Sequence record: MN850651.1
Reading direction: 5' to 3' (one strand)
DNA from: Escherichia phage moskry
Length of the DNA stretch: 64,000 bases
Part shown: positions 1 through 8,074 of the stretch, piece after piece
How the letters are laid out: each line of letters begins with the position of its first letter
Position numbering within the stretch: the first letter of the stretch is position 1
Position numbers and translations under genes: made by a program
The notes under the pieces: generated by a model
Seen by the model: only the letters and a program-made list of their open reading frames with translations
The model's database searches: none
Told to the model about the DNA's origin: nothing

Positions 1-101
1 ATTACGATTTTACCATCAACCCAGTCTAGTTTTGTAATATAGACTATATGATGAGAACCGTCTTCAAGTGTAATCAGAATCTCTTGAATGACATTTTCCA
101 T
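1..101 (-). CDS. Partial ORF, N-terminal ~33 codons of a gene running off the window start (gene 40 position downstream of uvsX)
   Basis: ATG at 101..99 opens MENVIQEILITLEDGSHH... with no stop before the window edge; weak ribosome-binding site. Confidence 0.3.
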   Translation of the reverse strand, partial: MENVIQEILITLEDGSHHIVYITKLDWVDGKIV

Positions 102-157
102 TGCTGAACGGACAATTTTAAGAGATTCATTAAACACTCGTTCTTTGCGAATGTCTT

Positions 158-175
158 CCCCTTCCGAAGAAGGGG
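158..175 (-). other. RNA hairpin, 7-bp stem with UUCG tetraloop on the minus-strand transcript, 36 nt after uvsX stop
   Basis: Plus strand ccccttc-cgaa-gaagggg is a perfect dyad; no U-run follows, so stability element rather than classic terminator. Confidence 0.5.
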
Positions 176-210
176 ATTCATCAACGATTTCTAGATTTAA
201 ATCATCGAGA

Positions 211-1383
211 TTATTCATCGAAATCTTCCATTTCGTCAAGGTCGTTTTCTATATCTGCTGCAGACGGAGCATCAGAAGTTTTAACAGGAACTTTAGTTGT
301 TGCTTTGCAATTAATAAGGTCGTTAACAGCGTCATCAACTTCTTTAATAGAAGAGATAGCACCTAGTTTATATTTAGTTTCAATTGCATCTCGGAAAGGT
401 TTGTGTTTAAACAAAGGTCCCCAGAATTCTACACAATCAGTAGCTTTAGCACGCCATGATTTTTCTTCACGAATCATTTCACCTGTTTCTTCGTCAAGGA
501 ATTCACGAGCATACCAACCGGCTTTAGGCTTAACTACAAAACCAATTTCAGTTGCCATTTCTAACAAGCCACTGAATGGGTCAATACCGCCATCAAAATT
601 AACCGTGATTGGGAAAGTAGATTTCTCTTTAACTGTACGAGATTTTTCTGCTTTCAACGTGAAGTCATAACCGGTCAATTCTGTACCTTCTTTAACCTGA
701 CGTTTAGAGATAAAGAATACAGTGTTAGCAGAGTAAAGAATACCTGTACCACCACCCATAATCTCTTTAGGATATAGTCCGCCGATTTCCATTGCTGTAT
801 GGTTGATTGCAACACACGGAATATCTTTAATAGTCAGATAAGGAGTCACAATACGGAACAGAGATTTAAGTGCCTTAGCACGAGACATATCACCTACAAC
901 TTTCTCGTTCAATGCATCTTCGGTTTCTTTCTTAGATGCAGTATTACCAATCGAGTCAATAAAGATAATAACTTTATCACCGCGTTCAATAGCGTCAAGC
1001 TGATTAGTCATATCGACTTTAAGTTGTTCGACAGACTGAATTGGTGTATGAACTACACGGTCTAAATCGACACCCATCGAACGGAAGTAAGATTCTGAAG
1101 CACCGAATTCTGAGTCATAAAACAAACAGATTGCATCTTTATATTTCTTCATATACGCTGCAACCATAGTTAGTCCAAACAATGTTTTAAAATGTTTAGA
1201 AGGTGCAGCAAAAATAGTCAAGCCTGATTGCAATCCTGCATTCAGAGCACCACCTAGTGCAATATTCAACATCGGAATACGAGTAGGGACTTCATCACGA
1301 TTATTAAACAGCTTAGACTTAGTCAAGTCTGCAGTCATTTTAGAAGTAGAAGCTTTAATCAGACGAGATTTTAAATCAGACAT
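211..1383 (-). CDS. uvsX: UvsX RecA-like recombinase
   Basis: 390 aa; near-collinear with recalled T4 UvsX (MSDLKSRLIKASTSK..., KETEDALNEKVV, GWYAREFLDEETGEMIREEKSWRAK). Confidence 0.95.
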   Translation of the reverse strand: MSDLKSRLIKASTSKMTADLTKSKLFNNRDEVPTRIPMLNIALGGALNAGLQSGLTIFAAPSKHFKTLFGLTMVAAYMKKYKDAICLFYDSEFGASESYFRSMGVDLDRVVHTPIQSVEQLKVDMTNQLDAIERGDKVIIFIDSIGNTASKKETEDALNEKVVGDMSRAKALKSLFRIVTPYLTIKDIPCVAINHTAMEIGGLYPKEIMGGGTGILYSANTVFFISKRQVKEGTELTGYDFTLKAEKSRTVKEKSTFPITVNFDGGIDPFSGLLEMATEIGFVVKPKAGWYAREFLDEETGEMIREEKSWRAKATDCVEFWGPLFKHKPFRDAIETKYKLGAISSIKEVDDAVNDLINCKATTKVPVKTSDAPSAADIENDLDEMEDFDE

Positions 1384-1437
1384 TGTATTTTTCCATAGGC
1401 ATCATTATATTTTACTCATGTTTAAAAGATAAGATGA

Positions 1438-1465
1438 TTATATACTAAGGGTTATACAGCATTTA
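1438..1465 (-). promoter_or_regulatory. Candidate T4 middle (MotA-type) promoter upstream of uvsX
   Basis: Minus strand reads aaaTGCTGTAtaacccttagtaTATAAT: MotA-box-like TGCTGTA about 12 nt upstream of a TATAAT -10. Confidence 0.4.
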
Positions 1466-1481
1466 AAAATTTAAATGGCTC

Positions 1482-2030
1482 TTAACGAGCCCATTTAATG
1501 ATTTCTGTAATCAAATAATTACGTTCGCTTGCATTAAATCCTATAACTTTGTTAGCACCATCATGATTAAGTAATTGATACGTTTGGATTTTGTTATGAA
1601 TTGCAAACTCTTCAAAATATGAAATGACTGTATTAAAACCGAATGAAGACAAAGTAATAAGGTCGTCTTCAAAACTTTCAGTCATTTCGTTACGTGTTAA
1701 AATAATTGTGAACACATCATGGTTTTGGCAAAGACGAACATAATCCTGTTCATAAACATCAAGAACCGAGTCCGCATCTTGTCGAATACGTCCATAAACC
1801 CAGTTACTAATATATCCACGGTCTAACAGATAAATCTTAGTAGGGTCTAAATAATTCAACATCGTTTCGAAACAGCCGACTTCATTTCGAGACTTAACAT
1901 CGAAACGCCCATCAACTGTTCGTTTAGGGAAATCAATCTTTACATATCTTTCACTAATTTCCATTATGTCATTAATGAAAGTTGTTTTACCAGCATTATC
2001 CGGCCCGTCTACTAAAATAATTTTAGCCAT
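1482..2030 (-). CDS. P-loop nucleoside/nucleotide kinase-like protein (dNK/dNMP-kinase fold), unknown substrate
   Basis: 182 aa; Walker A VDGPDNAGKTTF; LDRGYISNW resembles the ERS/DRS motif of deoxynucleoside kinases; distinct from gp1. Confidence 0.55.
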   Translation of the reverse strand: MAKIILVDGPDNAGKTTFINDIMEISERYVKIDFPKRTVDGRFDVKSRNEVGCFETMLNYLDPTKIYLLDRGYISNWVYGRIRQDADSVLDVYEQDYVRLCQNHDVFTIILTRNEMTESFEDDLITLSSFGFNTVISYFEEFAIHNKIQTYQLLNHDGANKVIGFNASERNYLITEIIKWAR

Positions 2031-2031
2031 T

Positions 2032-2931
2032 TTATTCCTCGATTACGACATCTTCGTATTTAGGTATATTATACGGTGAAGAAATTAAAGCATTAAAGTA
2101 GATGAACTCACCAAGACCTGGATGGAATACTTCTTCAGGATTTTCGAAATATTGAATCTTCGGACGTCCTTTAAGAATTTGATAGTACTCAGTTTTAGTT
2201 GGATTAAAAATTCGAATCAGCGCTTCTTCAGGATACTTATTTCTGTCGAAGCTATTATTTGGATCGGTTATATAAAGCGGTTGACCTAATTGAATTGCGC
2301 ATTCAACCACTTGTTCAAAACGATAACACGGGTCACTAATTCGAAATGGATGAAAAATACCATCTAGATGAATAGGAGCCAAATCACCTACAAGACGCTG
2401 CATGATGGAAGGACGTATAACTTTCTGAGTTACGATAATCTTATTACCATCTGCACCTGCGTTAACCAGCACTTCTTTTTGACGTTCATTCAACACAGTA
2501 GTTTGAAGTGAACTATTAACTGACAACATATCGGTTTTTAAGAATTCGTCAATATAAAAACGTGGTTTATTAGGGTCTGCCGTGATATTGAAATTGAATT
2601 CTACATCAAAAGCGCCGTCATAACCAGTGATATCTGTTATTAGAAAATCACAATCATAATAAGCAATTAATGAATCAACCACAAATTCATTTTCAGACCA
2701 GAAATATTTACGAGTGTTATACGCGTTATCTTTATACCATAATGGAACAAACTTAAATTCCGGGAAAAGACGTTCACATTCTTTAATATCAGATGCATTA
2801 CGTGGATATGTAATCACATCACCTGGATTAGCACGGTGCAAATGAAGTTGGAAGTTGCCATCCTTAAGGATAGCATACTGTCCAGTTTCATAAGACCGCA
2901 TACTCAAAATAGGTACGCGGAAAATAGCCAT
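2032..2931 (-). CDS. Hypothetical protein in the T4 beta-gt position; candidate DNA sugar transferase
   Basis: 299 aa ORF, stop/start abutting gene 42 homolog; no resemblance to recalled T4 beta-gt. Confidence 0.55.
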   Translation of the reverse strand: MAIFRVPILSMRSYETGQYAILKDGNFQLHLHRANPGDVITYPRNASDIKECERLFPEFKFVPLWYKDNAYNTRKYFWSENEFVVDSLIAYYDCDFLITDITGYDGAFDVEFNFNITADPNKPRFYIDEFLKTDMLSVNSSLQTTVLNERQKEVLVNAGADGNKIIVTQKVIRPSIMQRLVGDLAPIHLDGIFHPFRISDPCYRFEQVVECAIQLGQPLYITDPNNSFDRNKYPEEALIRIFNPTKTEYYQILKGRPKIQYFENPEEVFHPGLGEFIYFNALISSPYNIPKYEDVVIEE

Positions 2932-3647
2932 TAGTCAAGAAATCCTTTAACATAATCAAAATCACGTTCAAACACATGGGCACTTACCATGGTATGAGTA
3001 TAATCACCAACTTCTACACCACATTCGTTAGCGATATAATGAAGTAATTTTCCTTGGAGATAAAAATCCAACTGCATAACAACAGCACAGTTCTGAGAAC
3101 GCATATGACAGTGGGTATAAAGCTTACCATCACGAATATAATAAGTCACTGAGTCAGTACATGGATATTCAAGTGTTTCGTCCGAATCAAGCAAAGCCTG
3201 ATCAGAACTTTCTAGAATTTGGAACACAACTCTTCGAGAGTTAGGTTTCTCTTTAAGTTCTTTTAGAAGAGCCGGTAATTGGGCCGCAATGCGAGGACCG
3301 TAGAAAGTGTTGAAGTTTGCAGGCAAAGCGTCTGATTTAGGTTTAGAAATAAATTTAGCGACATTAGGATATGCCTTAAACGCTTCTTCTGCATCAGTAC
3401 CACCAGAAATCATAAACTTCCAGAAGTCTTCGGCATATTCATAAGAGATGCGGTTAATACGTGGGTCGGTCATTTTGAATGATGATGGATTGTCAACAAC
3501 TACTGTCATGGACCCGATTTCATTACAACGTCCAATACGAGAATTAGTTACGAATTCGGGGTTTTCTAAAATTTCACGATTGACTGCTTTAAATGCGGTT
3601 TGAAAATCTGCGGCTTTGATATATTTCATTGTGTTATGTTTTCCCAT
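2931..3647 (-). CDS. 42: dCMP hydroxymethylase-like enzyme (thymidylate synthase superfamily)
   Basis: 238 aa; catalytic Cys context YPCTDSVTYYIRDGK and HMRSQN parallel T4 gp42 CTNTVQYLIRDKK / NMRSND. Confidence 0.75.
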   Translation of the reverse strand: MGKHNTMKYIKAADFQTAFKAVNREILENPEFVTNSRIGRCNEIGSMTVVVDNPSSFKMTDPRINRISYEYAEDFWKFMISGGTDAEEAFKAYPNVAKFISKPKSDALPANFNTFYGPRIAAQLPALLKELKEKPNSRRVVFQILESSDQALLDSDETLEYPCTDSVTYYIRDGKLYTHCHMRSQNCAVVMQLDFYLQGKLLHYIANECGVEVGDYTHTMVSAHVFERDFDYVKGFLD

Positions 3648-3689
3648 GTTTACCTCAATACAATTTATTATATACTCAATTCGTAAAGC

Positions 3690-3929
3690 TTATTTGAATT
3701 TCTTAGCAATGTTGATATAACGTAAAGCTTCAGAATCTATACTTCCAAGAACACTATGAAGGAATGCATCAGCGTAGTATTCTAGTTGAACAGGTTCTTT
3801 AATCGCTTTAGCCGCTTTAGTTTCAAACAGGCCCATAAGGGCCTTTTTAAGAATTTGTTCGTTGCTATTAATTTTTATGGTCAAAATCTCTTCATTAAGT
3901 TGGTGGTTAAAAGTTTTTCTAGAAATCAT
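3690..3929 (-). CDS. Small hypothetical protein
   Basis: 79 aa ORF co-directional within the modification block. Confidence 0.45.
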   Translation of the reverse strand: MISRKTFNHQLNEEILTIKINSNEQILKKALMGLFETKAAKAIKEPVQLEYYADAFLHSVLGSIDSEALRYINIAKKFK

Positions 3930-5104
3930 TCCGGGTACCTCAAAGCGTCGTCAGAGTTAGTTATATCAATAATAGATATAGAATTTTCTGATAACCCATT
4001 TTTAGATAACTGGCGTTTATAATATCTTTCACAATATGTACACGTCGTCCCGCAGATTTCATTAGCACAATCGAAATCTGGATGTCTGAACCACCTTTTT
4101 TCTAAAAAGCCGTCTAACAAAGAGGTTTCAATATTTACCGTATGTGAAAACTCGGTCTCATTTTCAAGAGTGAAAATGGTCTCTAAAGGCTTCCACAATT
4201 CCAACAAATTACCTTCAAACTTTTCAGAAGCATAAGCTTCAAGAACTTTCAAAATGTAGTCGGTGCTACCTGTACGTCCCGAAACTTTAAATTGAGTGAT
4301 ACCAATATCGTTATAAAGTTTCAAATCTTGGGGACGAACAAAACGAGTTCTCAACCAGTTAAATGGGTCTGTATCACGAGCTTTAATACAGTGCTGCATA
4401 GGATATCCGTTTAAGGATTTAGCATCATCAGCCGTAACATCAGTACTATGGAAAATATAGCAAGAGTCACGATAGCTACAATGTGTTGTATACCCTTTAC
4501 CAGCATTAGAACAGAACTCATTTACAAGAACTTCAAATATTATATTGTTCTTATTGCAAAACTCTGCTGCACGCTTCAGGAAAGAAACTGAACGGTTCTT
4601 ATGAATTCCACAGCAGACCTTTTTGATATTATATTGGTCATGCAAGTATTTGATTTGAGTTACAGCATCGACATGTAGAATTGTTGAAACTTCAATCTCA
4701 ATGTCTTTATTGACTTCACGAACAATTTCCATAACAACAGGGTTAGCGATAGTAATACGCCATACGCCTATTGACCAAAGATACTGAACATAATCCTGAA
4801 TAGCTTTCTTCTTCCACTCAACTAGTTCTCTTTTTGAACCAGGATTTATCGTGTTGAGTGTATAGTTAAAGCAAATACCTAATTCGTTACAACGTTTAAC
4901 GTAGTCTTCTAACATCTTTTTGTCAACGTCAGGAAGCCTAAAATCAGGTCTGGCTGCTACAAAAGCCATTTCTCTTGTAGAGCCGTATACTTCGTTTATC
5001 AAGCTATTAGGATAAGTTTTATTGAGCTCTACGATTTTATCAAGAAGAGCTAAATCAAAATTCGTTCCGATTTTAAAAGTATTCATTTTTTTTTTGCATC
5101 TCAC
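3926..5104 (-). CDS. Hypothetical protein with C-terminal Cys cluster; candidate sugar transferase or accessory enzyme
   Basis: 392 aa; C-terminal CANEICGTTCTYCERYY; no family recognised by eye. Confidence 0.55.
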   Translation of the reverse strand: MRCKKKMNTFKIGTNFDLALLDKIVELNKTYPNSLINEVYGSTREMAFVAARPDFRLPDVDKKMLEDYVKRCNELGICFNYTLNTINPGSKRELVEWKKKAIQDYVQYLWSIGVWRITIANPVVMEIVREVNKDIEIEVSTILHVDAVTQIKYLHDQYNIKKVCCGIHKNRSVSFLKRAAEFCNKNNIIFEVLVNEFCSNAGKGYTTHCSYRDSCYIFHSTDVTADDAKSLNGYPMQHCIKARDTDPFNWLRTRFVRPQDLKLYNDIGITQFKVSGRTGSTDYILKVLEAYASEKFEGNLLELWKPLETIFTLENETEFSHTVNIETSLLDGFLEKRWFRHPDFDCANEICGTTCTYCERYYKRQLSKNGLSENSISIIDITNSDDALRYPE

Positions 5105-5145
5105 GTTAATTGATGCGATGGTTTTTGCAGGTCTTACTTAAATTA

Positions 5146-5547
5146 TTATAGATTAGGTTTATATGATTTAAATGTTTCGAATTCGCCTTTATTCATAAGA
5201 GCTTTGAATTCGTCAGGACGCATAGCTTTGTCGTCGATAATCCAATCATATACTGGTTTATGTGTTAGCAAATTATGGTACTTCAAGCCAATGTTTGCTA
5301 AGTTCTGAATCAGACTTGGGAGAATGTCAATTGCTATACGACCAGGACCTACTGACTTCATACCGCGAGCAGTGTAAAGCGTTATGGTATGCCCTGCATC
5401 ATACAGGGCATTAATGGCAGACACCATTTCGACGTCTGGTTTGAAGTTCACGTAATCACGATTGTTATTCCACTCTGTTATACAATCATCGACATCAAAA
5501 CAAAGATTAAGCATGTTTTCTACACGGTGCATTAGATTCGTTCCCAT
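5146..5547 (-). CDS. HAD-superfamily-like small phosphatase (putative sugar-phosphate phosphatase)
   Basis: 133 aa; motif-I-like FDVDDCIT, motif-II-like ITLYTARG, Lys and IIDDK downstream. Confidence 0.5.
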   Translation of the reverse strand: MGTNLMHRVENMLNLCFDVDDCITEWNNNRDYVNFKPDVEMVSAINALYDAGHTITLYTARGMKSVGPGRIAIDILPSLIQNLANIGLKYHNLLTHKPVYDWIIDDKAMRPDEFKALMNKGEFETFKSYKPNL

Positions 5548-7217
5548 TGATGAGTGATATCGCCACCAATTGGGCGATAAGAAACACCAGTTTCTTTATC
5601 AGTTAGTACCCATTTACCAGGATTTTTTGTAATCAGAGTAGCCGTTACAGGTTCTGCTACGTCATAACTAATAGAGCCGTCTTGAAGTACACGGCCCATG
5701 TTACGTAATTGCTTAGTCAGAAGTTCCATACCTTTATAATATGCAGCTACCGCTTTAAGTGGATTATTCTTGAAATAACCACCTAATGCAATCCAGATAA
5801 TTGCCACTGCCAAATGATGATACTCGTTAAACGAACTCATCTTTCCATATTTGTAAACTAATGGATTGATGTTAATAGTCACATTACAAGTTGTTTCATC
5901 AATAGTAAACTGTCCCCAGGTCGGATTAGCGTTGAATTCATCATAACCTGAAACAGCATAAAGCACTTTAGCTTCATCGTACAATTTTGGCCCGTAAATC
6001 TTGGTTTCCCCAAAATATCCACGAGGGTCGATAAACTTGACTTCGCCGTTATCAGTAATCATAGTATTACTGAAGTTCGGGTCACCATGAATAACAGAGT
6101 ACTGTCCCTGAGAACGGTTATGATAACGAATAAGGTGTTCTAAAGCTTGTTTCAGCATTGGCTTCAGACGCCCAATCTTAGTGTAGTTCACATGGGTGAT
6201 TTTACCAAATGAATCAATCAATGGTTGAATGCTTTCACAACGATCAATAACTTTCGTATAGAATTCTTTAGTGAAATCACGGCGAACAGTTTCAGGACTT
6301 ACAAAATAAGTGTCTGTGCTGAATTTCAGTGCATCTAAAATTGCATCAACAATTTGTGGACGAGCAAGACTTGATTTGGATTTAATATATTCAAATGCCG
6401 GCTTACCTTTAATGCGTTCCATTTCAAAGTTATTTTCATTAACAGAAACTAACTGAGGAACTGAATCTGATTTCACTTTAAGATACCATGAAATCTCATC
6501 TTTCTGAAGAGCTCGACCCTGTTCGGTTAATGCGAATTTAGTTACAGTTTCTTCACCAATTTCAACTGCATTAAAACTACGATTAAGTTCACGAACTTCA
6601 TGAGCTTTTTCAAGTTTAGGCATATCACCTAAATCAATTAGATTCATAAGCTCTGATTTATTGAATGCGCTGCCGTAAAGGAATTCTACGAAATCGCGTC
6701 CTTTGCAGTATTCATGAATTTCCTCATCGGTAGAACCCATATAGAATTCCCAGTCTTTGAACTGATAAATTCCTACAACATTACCACCTGTTGAACCTAC
6801 GTTAGTGATATTTTCACCGTCGAAATTATATCGACATTCGTCACCCTTAACATAGATTGCGTTAACATTCCAAGACCATGAACCAAAATCGGGAATAATA
6901 TCACACCAGTTAACAATTACATTATGGCCGTCTAAATCTTTGTGTAATTTAGCAAGAGCATAAGCAGAACCGTACGCTTCATCAACTGTACGAATAGTCA
7001 CATTGAACCCTTCTTGCTCACAATAAGCTCGAACAGTTTCAGCAAATTTTGAATGAACTACTACAATAATTTCATCTGCGCCAAGGTCAGAATAAATTGT
7101 ATACAAATTGCTCAGAATAGTGTCTTGTTTATAGTTAACAAGCACCTTAGGAATATGATGCGTTATTGGATATAAACGAGTCGCCAGTCCAGCACCAAGA
7201 ATAACAGCTTTTTTCAT
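5532..7217 (-). CDS. Bifunctional sugar-1-phosphate nucleotidyltransferase (N-term) / APH-choline-kinase-fold anomeric sugar kinase (C-term)
   Basis: 561 aa; N-term AVILGAGLATRLYPIT..PK (RmlA/GalU-type); C-term VIHGDPNFSNTM and FIDPRG (kinase catalytic loop). Confidence 0.7.
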   Translation of the reverse strand: MKKAVILGAGLATRLYPITHHIPKVLVNYKQDTILSNLYTIYSDLGADEIIVVVHSKFAETVRAYCEQEGFNVTIRTVDEAYGSAYALAKLHKDLDGHNVIVNWCDIIPDFGSWSWNVNAIYVKGDECRYNFDGENITNVGSTGGNVVGIYQFKDWEFYMGSTDEEIHEYCKGRDFVEFLYGSAFNKSELMNLIDLGDMPKLEKAHEVRELNRSFNAVEIGEETVTKFALTEQGRALQKDEISWYLKVKSDSVPQLVSVNENNFEMERIKGKPAFEYIKSKSSLARPQIVDAILDALKFSTDTYFVSPETVRRDFTKEFYTKVIDRCESIQPLIDSFGKITHVNYTKIGRLKPMLKQALEHLIRYHNRSQGQYSVIHGDPNFSNTMITDNGEVKFIDPRGYFGETKIYGPKLYDEAKVLYAVSGYDEFNANPTWGQFTIDETTCNVTININPLVYKYGKMSSFNEYHHLAVAIIWIALGGYFKNNPLKAVAAYYKGMELLTKQLRNMGRVLQDGSISYDVAEPVTATLITKNPGKWVLTDKETGVSYRPIGGDITHQWERI

Positions 7218-7258
7218 GTTGAAGTCCTCATTGGTAAGTAGGAGTATTGTACACTATT

Positions 7259-7402
7259 CTAGTTAAAGCATTCATACTTTGCTTGTAGTCCAATCATAAT
7301 CCATCCAATTACAAGTGTTGGAATCATTACTGGAGCCGTTAAGCTCCAGTAGATAGTCATGACAAGCATCAATAGTAAAAGTCCTATTGTTATTGCTTTC
7401 AT
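7259..7402 (-). CDS. Small hydrophobic membrane protein (47 aa) in imm-equivalent position
   Basis: ATG overlaps upstream stop (ATGA); MKAITIGLLLLMLVMTIYWSLTAPVMIPTLVIGWIMIGLQAKYECFN; below ORF-track size cutoff. Confidence 0.4.
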   Translation of the reverse strand: MKAITIGLLLLMLVMTIYWSLTAPVMIPTLVIGWIMIGLQAKYECFN

Positions 7403-8034
7403 TGTTCGCCTCGTAACATGGCACCTAGTGCACCGCCTGGATGGAACTTAAGGAAGTCATTAGAGGTAAATCCACGCTCAGACGAAAGGTTGATAGCGAA
7501 CGTATCGATAAGCGCTAACAACAATGTAGTGGACATAGTCGGAGCTAAAGAGTTCTCGTCAACTTCTACCGCGATACCGGTACAGAACGTATAATCAAAA
7601 AGAGCTTCGTATTCTTGTGGAATGTCAGGGTTACAATGCAACAGAATCTGTTTGACGTTCGGGCGAATCATTTTAAGATGCTTAGCCACGCCTATCATTT
7701 CTTCAGTTTTACCAGAACGACTAATATGAATCAACACATCATTAGGCGCAATGAATCCTGCATCACCGTGAGAATAATGCCCAGTGTTCAAGTACATACT
7801 AGGGATACCGAGTGAAGCAAATGTCTCAGAAGCTTTAGTTGCAATATTAGCATTCTTACCAACACCTGTAATAATTACTCGGCTTTCATAATTACTAAGT
7901 CCCGGGCGTCGAAGAGTTTCTAGAATAGCATTATAACGAGCAGGGTTTTGACTAATTACTTTGGCCATAGCGGCCAAAGAAGAAGCTTGTTTTATGATTG
8001 CGTCAATAGCGATAGTAATAGGAGTAGTTTTCAT
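7399..8034 (-). CDS. SIS-domain sugar-phosphate isomerase, KdsD/GutQ-type arabinose-5-phosphate isomerase-like (no CBS domains)
   Basis: 211 aa; GVGKNANIATKASETFASLG..HGDAGFI..ISRSGKTEE..LAPTMSTT..FHPGGALG parallels E. coli KdsD SIS domain. Confidence 0.75.
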   Translation of the reverse strand: MKTTPITIAIDAIIKQASSLAAMAKVISQNPARYNAILETLRRPGLSNYESRVIITGVGKNANIATKASETFASLGIPSMYLNTGHYSHGDAGFIAPNDVLIHISRSGKTEEMIGVAKHLKMIRPNVKQILLHCNPDIPQEYEALFDYTFCTGIAVEVDENSLAPTMSTTLLLALIDTFAINLSSERGFTSNDFLKFHPGGALGAMLRGEQ

Positions 8035-8074
8035 ATTTCTCTCATTTAATTAGTTTACCGTCCATGTCATTATA

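Noticed and set aside
88-366. Plus-strand 92-aa ORF at the window start
   Set aside because: Overlaps uvsX and the upstream minus-strand gene in antisense; low-complexity translation; no ribosome-binding site
1476-1493. Possible hairpin at the end of the P-loop kinase gene
   Set aside because: Only 5 bp pair on checking; overlaps the stop codon; not convincing as a terminator
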